Assembly (NCBI GenBank): GCA_030390025.1
Contig: CM059433.1
Coordinates: 26,848,001 to 26,912,000 of the forward strand
Direction: 5' to 3'
DNA from: Squalus acanthias
Taxonomy: Eukaryota
Length of the DNA: 64,000 nucleotides
A model generated the notes under the pieces. It saw nothing but the letters and a program-made list of their open reading frames with translations. It searched no databases and was not told where the DNA came from. The position numbers and the translations under genes were made by a program. Positions 11,479 through 24,788 of this stretch are shown one piece after another. Position 1 is the stretch's first letter. Each line of letters starts with the position of its first letter.

Positions 11479-14400
11479 TTGTCACACAAAGGGTCGGGAC
11501 CTTGAGAACCTCTAGCTCAAGTACCTCCCTACTGGGTCTGCACAGAGTGATCCTAAATGGAGTGCTTCTAAACAGAGTGCTAAAGTTCGGAATTTGGAGA
11601 GAGTGGGAATTCGGAGTAGAGGGGGAAAGAGGAGAGAGCGGCCAGAGATAAAGGTAAGCCTCAGAGCCCAGAGCCCGGAGGGAGAGCAAGCGTTAGGGAG
11701 CGAGGTAAGTGACGTCAGCACAAGGGAAGGAGCTGAAAAGAAAAAGAAAATTGGTGAGTAGCTGGTGATTTATTTTTTTAAGTCTTGAGTTTATTTCTGT
11801 TAAGTTAGTTAATAGTCTATTAAGTAGAGGCATGGCAGGGCACCTCAGTCCCGTGGAATGCACATCGTGTGCCATGTGGGAACTCCAGGATGCTTCCCAT
11901 GTCCTGGACAACCACATGTGCAGGAAGTGCGTCAGCTGGAGGAGCTCGAGCTCCGGGTTTTGGAGCTTAAGCAGCAGCTGGCGTCACTGAGGTGCATCCA
12001 TGAGGCTGAGAGCTACGTGGATAGCACGTTTCAGGAGGTGGTCACCCTACAGCGTAAGAGTGTGCAGGCAGAGAGGGAATGCATGACCGCCAAACAGACA
12101 AGGAGGACCAGGCAGGTAGTGCAGGAGTCCCCTGAGTGCATCTCACTCTCTAACCAGTACTGAATACGGGTGAGGACAATGGTTCCTCTGGGGAGTACAG
12201 CCAGAACCAAGTCCACGGCACCACGGGTGGCTCAGCTGTACAAAGGGGGAGGAGGAAGATCGGGAAAGCAATAGTGATAGGAGATTCGATATTTAGAGGA
12301 ACAGACACGCGTTTCTGCGGCCGCAGACGCGATTCCAGGATGGTATGTTGCCTCCCTGGTGCCAGGGTCAAGGATGTCACTGAGAGGCTGCAGGACATTC
12401 TGAGGGGGGAGGGTGGTCGGCCAGAAGTCGTGGTCCATATTGGTATCAATGACATAGGTAGAAAGAGGGATGAGTTCCTGCAGGCAGATTTTAGGAAGCT
12501 AGGAAAGAGATTAAAAATCTGGACCTCAAAAGTAGTAATTTCCAGATTACTCCTGGTGCCTTGTGCTAATGAGTACAGAAATAGGAGATGAATGTGTGGC
12601 TGGAGAGATTGTGCAGGAGGGAGGGCTTTAGATTCGTCGGACATTGGGACCGGTTCTGGGGAGGTTAGACCTGTACAGGCCGGACGGGTTGCACCTCAAA
12701 AGAGCTGGGACCAATATCCTCGCGGAAGCGGGGAGGGGGGGTTGCTAGTGCTGTTGGGGAGGGTTTAAACTAATTTGACAGGGGGGATGGGCACAAGGAT
12801 GTAGCATTAGAAAGGAGAAACAAGGTGCACAAAGGATTGGAAGAGACAGAGAGCACTCGAGTAAGGAATAGTACGGTATTAGGTGGGGTCAGACTAAGAG
12901 AATACAAGAAGGTCTAAGATAGGTTTACAGTGCATGTGTGTAAATGCACGAAGTGTGGTAAATAAGGTTGGTGAGCTGCAGGCGCAAATAGACACATGGG
13001 AATATGATGTCGTGGCGATAACAGAGACCTGGCTCAAAAAAGGGCAGGATTGGGTACTAAATATTCCTGGATATAAGGTGTTCAGGAAAGATAGGGTAGG
13101 AAAGAAAGGAGGTGGGGTGGCTGTATTGATTAAGGAGAATGTTACAGTGCTAGAGAGGGAAAATGTCCTGGAGGGGTCAAGGACACAATCTATTTGGTTA
13201 GAGTTAAGAAACAATAGAGGTGCCAATACACTACTAGGTGTATTCTATAGGCTGCCAACTAGTGGGAAGGTTATAGAGGAGCAAATTTGCAGGGAAATTA
13301 CAGAGAGGTGCAAGAACTATAGAGTAGTGATAAGGGGGACTTCAATTATCCTAATATAGACTGGGATAGTAATAGTGTAAAGGACAGAGAGGGGGAAGAA
13401 TTTCTGAAGTGTGTTCAGGAAAACTTCCTTGATCAGTACATTTCCGGCCCAATGAGGAAGGAGGCATTGCTAGATCTCGTTCTGGGGAATGAGGTGGGTC
13501 AAGTGGAGCAAGTGTCAGGAGGGGAACATTTAGGGAACAGTGATCACAGTATCATAAGGTTTAGATTAGCTCTGGAAAAGGACCAGGAGCAATCTAGAGT
13601 AAAAATACTTAATTGGAGGAAGGCAAATTTCAGTGGGTTGAGAACGGATATGGCCTGAGTAAATCGGAATCAAAGATTGGCAGGCAAAACTGTAATCGAA
13701 CAATGGGCTGCCTTTAAAGAGGAGATGGTTCAGGTACAGTCGAGGTACCTTCCCATGAGGGGGAAAGGTAGAGCAACCAAAGCCAGAGTTCTCTGAATGA
13801 CGAAAGAGATAGAGAGTAAGATGAAGCAGAAAAAAGGGGCGTATAACAGATGTCAGGTTGAGAATACAAGTGAGAACCAGGTTGAATATAGAAAGTTCAG
13901 AGGTGAAGTGCAAAAGGAAATAAGAGGGGCAAAGAGAGAGTATGAGAATAGACTGGCAGCTAACATAAAAGGGAACCCGAAAGTCTTCTATAGGCATATA
14001 AATAGTAAACGGGAAGTAAGAGGAGGGGTGGGGCAGATTAGAGACCAAAAAGGAGACCTACGCATGGAGGCAGAGGGCATGGCTGAGGTACTAAATGAGT
14101 ACTTTGCATCTGTCTTTACCAAGGAAGAAGATGCTGCCAAAGTCATAGTGAAAGAGGAGGTAGTTGAGATATTGGATGGGATAAAAATTGATAAAGAGGA
14201 AGTACTAGAAAGGCTGGCTGTATCTAAAGTAGATAAGTCACCAGTCCCGAATGGGAAGCATCCTAGGATGCTGAGGGAGGTAAGGGTGGAAATTGCAGAG
14301 GTACTGTCCATAATCTTCCAATCCTCCTTAGATACGGGGCTGGTGCCAGAGGACTGGAGAATTGCAAATGTTACATCCTTGTTCAAAAAAGGGTGTAAGG

Positions 14401-14753
14401 ATAAACTCAGCAACTACAGACCAGTCAGTTTAACCTCGGTAGTGGGGAAGCTTTTAGAAAAGATAATTCGGGGCAAAATTAACAGTCACTTGGACAAGTG
14501 TGGATTACTTAAGGAAAGCCAGTATGGATTTGTCAAATGTAAATTGTGTTTATCTAACTTGATTGAGTTTTTTGATGAGGTAACAGAGAGAGTTGATGAG
14601 GGCAATGCGGTTGATGTGGTGTACATGGACTTCCAAAAGGCGTTTGATAAAGTACCAAATAATAGGCTTGCCAGCAAAGTTGAAGCCCATGGAATAAAAG
14701 GAACAGTGGTAGTATGGATACAAAATTGGCTAAGTGACAGGAAACAGAGAGTA

Positions 14754-17700
14754 TAGAATCATAGAAAAATTACAACACAGAAGGAGGCCATTCGGCCCAT
14801 CGTGTCTGTGCCGGTCGGAAAAGAGCTACCCAGCCTAATCCCACCTTCCAGCACTTGGTCCGTAGCCCTGTAGATTACGGCTCTTCAAGTGCACATCCAA
14901 GTACTTTTTAAATGTGATGAGGGTTTCTGCCTCTACCACCCTCTGGGTGAAATTTTTTTTCCTCATCTCCCCTCTAATCCTTCTACCAACTACTTTAAAT
15001 CTATGCCCCCTGGTTATTGCCCTCTCTGCTAAGGGAAATATGTCCCTCCTATCCACTCTATCTAGACCCCACATAATTTTATATACCTCAATTAGGTCTC
15101 CCCTCAACCTCCTCTGTTCCAAGGAAAACAACCCCAGCCTAGCCAATCTTTCCTCATAGCTAAAGTTTTCCAGTCCTGGCAAATCTCCTCTGCACCCTCT
15201 CCAGTGCAATCATATCCTTCCTGTAATGTGGTGACCAGAACTGCACACTACTCAAAGCTGTGTCCTAACCAGTGTTGTATACAGTTCTAGCATAACTTCC
15301 CTGCTCTTATATTCTATGCTTCGGCTAATAAAGGAAAGCATTCCGCATGCCTTTTTAACTACTTTATCGACCTGTCCTGCTACCTTTAAGGATCTGTGGA
15401 CATACACTCCAAGGTCCCTCTGTTCCTCCACACCTCTCAGTATCCTCCTATTAATTGTGTATTCCCTTGCCTTGTTGCCCCTCCTCAAATGCATTACCTC
15501 ACACTTTTCCGGATTGAATTCCATTTGCCAATTTCTGGCCAACTGACCAGTTCATCGATATCTTCCTGCAGTCTAAAGCTTTCCACCTCACTGTCAACCA
15601 CACGGCCAATTTTTGTATTATCTGCAAATTTCTTTATCATGCCCCCTACATTTATGTCTAAATCATTAATATATACTACAAAAAGTAAGGGACCGAGTAC
15701 TGAGCCCTGTGGAACCCCACTGGAAACAGCCTTCCAGTTGCAAAATCTCCCCATAACCATTACCCTTTGCTTCCTGCCACTGAGCCAATTTTGGATCCAA
15801 TTTGCCACTCTCCCTTGGATCCCATGGGCTTTTACTTTTTGATCAGCTTGCCATGTGGGACCTTGTCGAAAGCCTTGCTAAAATCCATGTAGACTACATC
15901 AAATGCACTGCCCCCATCGACCCTCCTTGTTACCTCCTCAAAGAATTCAATCAAGTTAGTCAGACACGACCTTCCCTGAACAAAACCATGCTGACTGTCC
16001 TTGATTAATCTGTGTCTTTCTAAATGAAGATTTATACTGTCCCTCAGAATTGATTCCAGTAATTTGCCCAGCACCGAGGTTAAACTAACTGGCCTGTAAT
16101 TGTTCGGTTTATCCCTTCCTCCCTTTTTAAGCAATGGTACAACGTTAGCAGTTAGAAAATGATAGTCAGAGCTGCCGCAATTTCCTCCCTTGCTTCTTTT
16201 AATAGCCTCGGATATATTTCATCCGACCCTGCTGATTTATCTACTTTCAAGGATGCTAAACCCCTTAATACTTCCTCTCTTACTATGTTTATCCCGTCCA
16301 ATATTTCACTATCTTCCTCCTTAACTTCAACGTCAGCATCGTCTCCCTCTCTTGTGAATACAGCTGTAAAGTATTCATTAAGTACCTTACCCACTTCCTC
16401 CACCTCCACACATAGATCACCATTTTGCTCCCTGATAGGCCCTACTCTTTCCTTAGTTATCCTCTTGCTCTTTATGTAATTATAAAAGATCTTTGGGTTT
16501 TCATTGATTCTACTTGCCAGTATTTTTTCATGCCCTCTTTTTGCTTTCCGAATTTCTTTCTTAATTTCACCCCTACACTTTCTATACTCTTCTAGGCTTT
16601 CCGCAGTATTGAGCTCACGATATCTGATATCGGCTTCCCTTTTTTGCCTTATATTACCCTGTATGCACTTTGTCATCCAGGGGACTCTAAATTTGGCAGT
16701 TCTACCCTTTTTCTTTGTGGGAACATGTTTACCCTGAACTCCATGTATCTCCCTCTTGAATGCCTCCCACTTCTCTGACACTGATTTACCTTCAAGTAAC
16801 TGTTTCCAGTCCACTTTTGCTAAATCACGTCTCAACCTAGTAAAATTGGCCTTCCCCCAATTTAGAACCCTTACTCCTGTTTTTTCTTTGTCCTTATCCA
16901 TAATTATGCTAAAACTAACTGAATTATGATCACTACCACAAAAATGGTCTCCCACTGATACTCCTTCCACCTGCCCAGCTTCATTGTCTAAAACTAAATC
17001 CAGAATTGCCCCCCCTCTTGTTGGGCTTGCTACGTATTGGCTAAAAAAGTTCCCCAGAATGCAATTTAGGAATTCTGTGCCCTCTATACCTTTTACACTG
17101 GTAGTATCCCAGTTAATATTGGGGTAATTGAAATCCCCCACCATAACTGCCCTGTTGTTTTTGCACTTGTCAGAAATTTGCCTGCAGATTTGCTCTTCTA
17201 TCTCCCTCGGACTGTTTGGGGGTCTATAGTACACTCCCAGCAGTGTGATTGCCCCTTTTTATGTTCTTCAGTTCAACCCATATGGCCTCATTTGATGATC
17301 CTTCTAACATATCATCCCTCCTCACAGCTGTAATTGATTCTTTAATCAATATTGTGACCCCCCTCCTTTTATATCCCCCTCTCTATCCCGCCTGAAAACC
17401 CTGTAACCAGGAATGTTGAGCTGCCATTCCTGCCCTTCTTTCAGCCATGTCTCAGTAATGGCTATAATATCATACTCCCATGTGTCTCTCTGTGCCCTTA
17501 GCTCATCTCCCTTATTTCCTAGACTCCTTGCATTAAAGTATATACCATGTAGCATTGCCAAACTGCCTTATTGTCTATTTGCCTCTTGCCCTTGTTTCCT
17601 CTGCCTTCCAAACTCGCTTACTAATTTTCTGCCCTCCATTTCCAGCTTTGCTTCTCTCCCTTCTGAAAATATTCTCAGGTTCCCATCCCCCTGCCAAGCT

Positions 17701-19325
17701 AGTTTAAACCCTCCCCAACAGCACTAGCAACCCCCCCCCCCCCGCCCCCCCACGAGGATATTGGTCCCAGCTCTGTTGAGGTGCAACCCATCCGGCTTGT
17801 ACAGGTTCCACCTCCCCCAGAACCGGCCCCAATGCCCCAGCAATCTGGAGCCCTCCCTCCTGCACCATCTCTCCAGCCACGCATTCATCTGCTCTACCCT
17901 CCTATTTCTGTGCTCACTAGCATGTGGCACGGGGAGTAATCCGGAGATTACTACCTTTGAGGTCCTGCTTTTTAATCTCTCTCCGAGCTCCCTAAAATCT
18001 GCCTGCAGGACCTCATCACTCTTTCTGCCTATGTCGTTGGTACCGATATGGACCACGACCTCTGGCTGATCACCCTCCTCCCTCAGAATGTCCTGCAGCC
18101 ATTCAGTGACATCCTTTACCCTGGCACCAGGGAGGCAACATATCATCCTGGAGTCACGACAGCGGCTGCAGAAATGCTTGTCTGTTCCTCTAACTATCGA
18201 ATCCCCTACCACTATAGCTCTTCCATGCTTCTTCCTCCACCCCCAGCACCCCCCCCCCCCCCGCCCCCCCACCATGCAGCTGAGCCACCCATGGTGCCAT
18301 GGACTTGGCTGTGGCTGCACTCCCCAGAGGAACCATCGCCCCCACCAGTATTCAGAGCTGAAAACCGGTTAGCGAGCGAGATGCACTCAGGGGATTCCTA
18401 CCCTACCTGTCTGGTCCTCCTCTCTGTCTGGCAGTCACCCATTCCCTCTCTGCCTGCACACTCTTAAGCTGCAGGGTGACCACCTCTAGAAACATGCTAT
18501 CCACATAACTCTCAGCCTCGTGGATGCACTGCAGTGACTCCAGCTGCAACTCAAGCTCCGAAACCCGGAGCTCGAGCTGCTGTAGCTGGCGACACTTCCC
18601 ACACATGTGGTCGTCCAGGCCACGAGAAGCGTCCAGGATTTCCCACATGGCACAGGATGTGCATTCCACGAGACTGAGCTGCCTTGCCATGTCTCTATTT
18701 ATTAGATTAATTAACTAAAGTTTTTAGTATACCTCTCTGCCCTAAATTAAAATGTAATAAATACCAGTGATACTCACCAGCCCGGAACCTGAATAGCAAA
18801 GAAAAACGATGTGACCTTTACTAACCAATCAGTTATCAGCTATCCTGTGACGTCACTCCTTGTGATTTTTTTCCCCCTCGTCGCTGCTGCTGCCGCTGAG
18901 TCTGGGCTCGCTCTCTCTCCCGCTGCTTATATCCTCGGTGTCCTCGCTCAGTCTCCACCCAGGGCTGTCGCTGCTGCTGCCGGTGAGTCTTGGCTCGCTC
19001 TCTCTCCCGCTGCTTAAATCCTCGGTGTCCTCGCTCAGTCTCCACCCAGGGCCGTCGCTGCTGCTGCCGGTGAGTCTGCGCTCGCTCTCTCTCCTGCTGC
19101 TTAAATCCTCGGTGTCCTCGCTCAGTCTCCACCCAGGGCCGTCGCTGCTGCTGCCGGTGAGTCTGGGCTCGCTCTCTCCCACTGCTTAAATCCTCGGTGT
19201 CCTCGCTCAATCTCCACCCAGGGCCACTGCTGCTGCCGGTGAGTCTGGGCTCGCTCTCTCCCACTGCTTAAATCCTCAGTGTCCTCGCTCAGTCTCCACC
19301 CAGGGCCACTGCTGCTGCCGCCGGT
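14754..19325 (-). mobile_element. Full-length degenerate CR1 LINE with tandem 5' monomers
   Basis: Tail at 14754; ORF2 pieces 14835-17561 ([22 protein letters not shown]); ORF1 17700-18690 (CTSC..CGKC, GDSIVRG, HIGTND); GAGTA repeated at both junctions (14749-14753, 19326-19330). Confidence 0.93.
18878..19325 (-). repeat. About five tandem 82-87-bp monomers forming the CR1 5' end
   Basis: Unit GTCGCTGCTGCTGCCGGTGAGTCT.GCTCGCTCTCTCTCC.CTGCTTAAATCCTCGGTGTCCTCGCTCAGTCTCCACCCAGGGCC; 29-aa periodicity in ORF 18853..19182. Confidence 0.95.
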
Positions 19326-20572
19326 GAGTAGTGGTGAACGGTTGTTTTTCGGACTGGAGGAAGGTATACAGTGGTGTTCCCCAGGGGTCGGTACTAGGAC
19401 CACTGCTTTTCTTGATATATATTAATGACTTGGACTTGGGTGTACAGGGCACAATTTCAAAATTTGCAGATGATACAATGGAAGTATAGTGAACAGTGAG
19501 GAGGATAGTGATAGACTTCAAGAGGACATAGACAGGCTGGTGGAATGGGCGGACACGTGGCAGATGAAATTTAATGCAGAAAAGTGTGAAGTGATACATT
19601 TTGGTAGGAAGAACGTGGAGAGGCAATATAAACTAAAGGGTACAATTCTAAAGGGAGTGCAGGAACCCAGGGGTATATGTGCACAAATCGTTGATGATGG
19701 CAGGGCAGGTTGAGAAAGCAGTTAAAAAAGCAAACGGGATCCTGGGCTTTATAAATAGAGGCAATAGAGTACAAAAGCAAGGAAGTTATGATGAAGCTTT
19801 ATAAAACACTGGTTCAGCCTCAACTGGCATACTTTTGTCCAATTCTGGGCACCGCACTTTAGGAAGGATGTGAAGGCCTTAGCGAGGGTGCAGAAAAGAT
19901 TTACAAGAATTACAAGGTTCCAGGGATGAGGGACTTCAGTTACGTGGATAGACTGGAGAAGCTGGGGTTGTTCTCCTTAGAGCAGAGAAGGTTGAGAGGG
20001 GATTTGATAGAGGTGTTCAAAATCATGAGGGGTCCAGACAGAGTAGATAGAGAGAAACTGTTCCCATTGGCGGAAGGGTCGAGAACCAGAGGACACAGAT
20101 TTAAGGTGATTGGCAGAAGAACTAAAGGAGTGGTTATGATCTGGAATGCACTGCCTGAAAGGGTGGTGGAGGCAGATTGAATCATGTCTTTCAAAAGAGA
20201 ATTGATAAGTACCTGAAGAAAAAAATTATGGGGTACGGGTAAAGAGCGGGGAGTAGGACTAGCTGAAGTGCTCTTGCAGAGAGACTGGCACTGGACTCGA
20301 CGGGACCGAACGGCCTCCTTCTGTGGTGTAACCATTCTATGATACTTACAGCTATCTCTGGTGAACCAGACTGCGATTCACTAGCCAGGGAAAGTTGATA
20401 CATTTTGGTCGGAAGAATGAGGAAAGACAATACATGCTAAATGGTAACATTTTAAAGGGGGTGCAAGAAGAGAGAGACCTGGGGGTGGCTTGTGCATAAA
20501 TCTTTGAAGGTGGCAGGACAGGTACAAAGCATTTAATAAAGCATAGGGATCCTGGGCTTTATAAATATAGGC

Positions 20573-21002
20573 CATGATGCGGAGATGCCGGTGTTGGACT
20601 GGGGTGGACAAAAATGAGAAGTCGCACAACACCAGGTTATAGTCCAACAGTTTTGTTTGAAATTACGAGCTTTCGGAGCGCTGCTCCTTCGTCAGGTAAA
20701 GTGAGGGAATACAAATCAGTTACAAAGCACATATAGACAGAGAACAATGTGTCTGCAGAGATACAATCCGTCAGGGAGGCATTACATCAAAGACACAGCA
20801 GAGTACAGCTGTATTCTGCTGTGTCTTTGATGTAATGCCTCCCTGACGGATTGTATCTCTGCAGACACATTGTTCTCTGTCTATATGTGCTTTGTAACTG
20901 ATTTGTATTCCCTCACTTTACCTGACGAAGGAGCAGCGCTCCGAAAGCTCGTAATTTCAAACAAAACTGTTGGACTATAACCTGGTGTTGTGCGACTTCT
21001 CA
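20573..21002. mobile_element. Penelope-like terminal-repeat-derived inverted (palindromic) insertion
   Basis: 197-bp arms 20612-20808 and 20809-21005 with one mismatch; 15-bp TSD TTTATAAATATAGGC (20558-20572, 21003-21017); hammerhead-like core in each arm. Confidence 0.85.
20920..20955 (+). ncRNA. Minimal hammerhead ribozyme-like motif (mirror copy on - strand at ~20662-20697)
   Basis: CTGACGA-A-GGAGC-AGC-GCTCC-GAAA-GCT: CUGANGA and GAAA cores around a stem II, as in Penelope terminal repeats. Confidence 0.65.
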
Positions 21003-22164
21003 TTTATAAATATAGGCATAGAGTACAAAAGCCAGGAAGTTATCCTAACCCTGTATAAAACACTAGTTCAGCCCCAGCTGGAGTATTGTGTCCAATTCTG
21101 GGCACCACACTTTAGGAAGGACATGAAGGCTTTGGAGAGGGTACGGAAGAGATTTACTAGAATTATTCCAGGGATGAGGGATTACAGTTACATGGATAGA
21201 CTGGAGAAGCTGGGGATGTTCTCCTTAGAGCAGGGAAGGCTAAGAGGAGATTTGATAGAGGTGTTTAAAATCATGAAGGGTCTAGATAAAGTAAATAAAG
21301 AGAAACTCTTTCCAATGACTGAAGGGTCGATAACCAGAGAGCACAGATTTAAGGTGATTGACAAAAGAACCAGAAACAACATGAAGAAAACTTTTTTATG
21401 CAATGAGTGGTTAGAATTTGGAATGCACTGCCTGATAGGGTAGTGGAGACAGATTCAATAGGAACCTTCAAAAGGTAATTGGATAAATACTTGAAGGAGA
21501 AAAAATTGCAGGGATTTGGGGAAAGAATAGGAAGTGGGACTAACTGGATTGCTCTTCGAAAGAGCCGAATGGGCCAAATGACCTCCTTCTGTGCTGTACT
21601 ATTCTATGATTCTATGATTCATGCCTCAGGCTCGAGTATGGTAAACCACACCAATAAATAGGTTAGGTTAAAGTATTAAATATTTAGTTAGCATCAAATT
21701 TCCCCAAATACACAAATCTCACTTCAGTTAGCTTAGCATAGACAGGCATACAACAGAACAGTTTACTTTACAACAGCATTTTGACCAAATGCATTTCGGC
21801 TTACCCGCAATCAATCGATTGCCGTCAATCAGTCAATGGTCAGCTCAGGGTCATTTAGTCAAAAGGCATCATCGGCCCAGACTGCCTTAGATATGTGGTT
21901 TATATCCCATTTTACTTCACTGCTATGTCCTGTCATATCCCACAGTACAATTTCCTTATTAAATTTGCTCAATTTATCCAATTATTAATTTTAGACGCAT
22001 TGTTCTTCCATTTCAAATTTACCTCTATTCAAAAACCACACGCTACAGTGTAGCCTCACATTTTCATCACAAGTTTTAATTCTACCTTTATTCAGAAATC
22101 ACACTTCAGAGTGGCTAATCGGTTATCAGTCTTCATAATCTAACTAGATTAGGTCGGAGAACAT

Positions 22165-22889
22165 GGGGTAGCGTTTCCACTTCGGGTGCAATCGGCAATC
22201 TGGGCGCAAATTGCGCTCAAAAGTGCGTTCGTTTTCCGAAGGGATGCTATGGTTCAGGTTTCCACTGAAGCTCATTTGCATAATCACAAATGTAAAATTT
22301 TCCATGAACCACCGCAATCAGGCAGTGTTTTAGAACGTACTTGTTTATTTTTTTCCTCTTGCATTACAAAATATTCCTTGATGTATTTAAGAGCGGTAAC
22401 CTGGTACAGTTTCATTAATACAGCTGAAAATGGGTTTATCACAAAAAATAAGCATTTTTAATAAGGGTGTCCAGTCCTCCACCTGTGAGTAACGTGATTT
22501 TAAATAACTGAAAATGACTTTAAAAAACTATACAGAACCATTTGCTACTTTCATTGGTGCACACTAGTCATTTTCGTAGTGACTTAAATATTAAAACATT
22601 TAAAAGGTGCCTATTAGTGCCCTTGCGCCTAAAAAATAAGCTTAATTTTAAGAGCCTCATCGAAGGCCCGGGAATGGGCACAATCAACAGAAACTCGCCA
22701 TGCTGATTAATTCAATCTGGGGGCGTGGCCGGTTTTGTGGGCGGGCCCGGCTTCCAGCACGATGATTTTTTAAACCAGCGTTAAAGATGGCGGAAACTCG
22801 ATTTACGCCCGACGTAACTTGCGCTTGAAATTCCGCGAACTTTTGCGCTGGTTTGGCCGATTTCTGTCGAATTGCAGAAACTCTACCCC
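22165..22889. mobile_element. Harbinger-type MITE
   Basis: TIRs GGGGTAGCGTTTC (22165) and GAAACTCTACCCC (22877-22889); CpG-rich subterminal regions. Confidence 0.8.
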
Positions 22890-23711
22890 CAGATCTGTTC
22901 GATATTTGTATGTTTTTGCCATATTTCCATAACACATGGGTGATTGTGGTCAATTATTTTTGCCAGCTTCAATAGGAAGTAGCCTTTTCTAAATCTGTCA
23001 CTAGCCATTGGTCAGCTGCAAGAGGAAGTGAGTAGGGACCACTTTAACCCATTCATCGCTTCCACAGAATCATTCACATTCTTATATGAACAAAAGAAAT
23101 ACGATACAGAAAGTTTAGCTTGGAGCTCACTTGGTAAAGTCAGTGTTTAACTCAACTGTACAGGAAAATCCCAGAATCAAGTTGATTTGTTTACATATTT
23201 CTTCCTCCGCTTCCCTTCCACTATTAGGTGGTCTGTAGAATATCCCTATTAGCGTGATCAATGCCTTCTTATCCTTTATCTCAACCTATATGGATCCATA
23301 TGGATATCTTAATGTTAGTTACGTTTCTTTTTTCTACTGCCATAATGTTACCTCTGATTGGTACATCCACCCCACCCTCCCTTCTCCCTTGCCTATCCTT
23401 TCTAAATATGTTATAACCTGCAATATTTAACTGGCAGTCTTGATCTTTAGGTAGCCATGTTTCAGTTATCCCTACTATCCCTACACAGCTCCTTGCTATG
23501 AATGATTGCCTCCAACTCTGCTGAAGCTAGGCTGAGACCTGGGTATGCCAGTTCTTGGCATACCCAGACAGTCACGGTAGCAATACCCATGGTGCCAGTA
23601 GTTGTGGTGCCAGTTATTGTCCCAGCTGAGGGCAGTTTTGGGGATCCTGTTTTTTGGCAGGGTGTTGGGTACATGTGCAATGAATGGTACCAGCACTTAG
23701 CTAAATATGTC

Positions 23712-23887
23712 GGGTTGGAATTTTCGTGGGGCTTCGCCCAGTTGTCCACCACAACTTCAGCAAAGGTTCAACGGAAAACCCAGAGAAATGGCATAAAAAG
23801 CCATTTACGCCATTTCTCCAGGGTTTCTGCCCATCTTCTACTTAAGTTACAGCGGACAATCAGGAGAACCCCCACGGAAATTCCAAA
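23712..23887. mobile_element. Small hairpin MITE
   Basis: TTGGAATTTTCGTGGGG ... CCCCACGGAAATTCCAA inverted termini. Confidence 0.75.
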
Positions 23888-23981
23888 TGGTCTTGCAATA
23901 AAGTTTGCCTTAAGACTTTTCCTGAGCGATTGGCTCGTTCAGCAATCATCTCTTGGCCACTGGTGTGCCTGCCTTGTTCTT

Positions 23982-24460
23982 CTACCTGCTCCATGGCAGT
24001 GCCTCATTGCAGGGTAAAGTTATGTAAAGCTGCAGTAGGCAACAATAATCATGGGTATTTTTGCCAGTCTGTACTGCAAGCCTTCTCCGAATCGGCCCAG
24101 GCAGCTGAACCTTTGCTTTAATATCCTGATGGTCTGCTCCACCAAGAAATAGCGGTGGCACTATCAATTGGTATATAATAAAAGAATTATGTCTTCTACC
24201 AGGGTAGTGGGCACTAGCTTTAATGACTCTGTACCAATGGTCACAGACCAGCTGCATGAAGATGATGGCATTGGAGGTAGGGCCTGGTATGGCCCAATGC
24301 GTACCGTCAATAAGGTCCTGCATTTTAGGGAATGCACAACAGATGGTAAAAGTCCAGAGCTCTTTCCTGTTTTTGCCTGGTTTCCATGGGGAAATTAATG
24401 AAATTCCTGGCCCAGCAACCAATTCATCTGTCACCTGCATGCTGTAGCTGTGCACTGCTG
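23982..24460 (-). mobile_element. Harbinger transposase remnant
   Basis: FPKMQDLIDGTH...MQLVCDH...AHYPGRRHNSFI in ORF 23982..24455. Confidence 0.75.
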
Positions 24461-24641
24461 GTTGTGAGATTTGACAAGCATCTCCTGCTGGTGCTTGGAA
24501 AAAAAACAGTGGCAGAAGAATTCAAGGCAGCAGTGACCTTTACAGACATGACAGCTCTTCCCTGCCTCTTGAATTGATTGTAAGTCCTGGATCCAGGAGG
24601 CGGTACAGCATCCTTAGTGAATTATAGTTTTTACATGCAGG

Positions 24642-24788
24642 TCATGCAGGTATCATTGCCTTGGCCTGTATGTACAGGTGTTAAGGTAAGTGTCTAAGAT
24701 GTAAAAGCACCAGCCCCCTTCTTTGACGGAGAAAGGACAATTACCTTAACACTTGTGCATACAGACCAAAGCTATCATACCTGCATGA
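24642..24788. repeat. 147-bp hairpin element with 53-bp inverted arms
   Basis: 24642-24694 pairs with 24736-24788 with a few mismatches. Confidence 0.85.

Larger units (their letters stand above)
11480..20343 (+). mobile_element. Near full-length degenerate CR1 LINE, split by a nested antisense CR1 (14754-19325)
   Basis: ORF1 from 11832 (Cys-rich, leucine zipper, GDS..HIG.ND esterase); ORF2 APE-RT from ~12934 to 14753 resumes at 19326 (QRV|VVNG) and ends in an ATTCTATGAT tail at ~20343. Confidence 0.92.
20385..21620 (+). mobile_element. CR1 3' fragment carrying a Penelope-derived palindromic insertion
   Basis: GIEYKSQEVILTLYKTLVQPQLEYCVQFWAP...; tail ATTCTATGATTCTATGATTC at ~21600. Confidence 0.9.

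Noticed and set aside
18878..19325. 87-bp repeats as a CRISPR array or repeat-protein gene
   Set aside because: There are no unique spacers and the context is eukaryotic; the repeats form a CR1 5' end and the periodic ORFs are incidental.
20612..21005. Palindrome as a fold-back assembly artefact
   Set aside because: The 15-bp TSD, one arm mismatch and seamless CR1 continuation argue for a real insertion; read support is still desirable.
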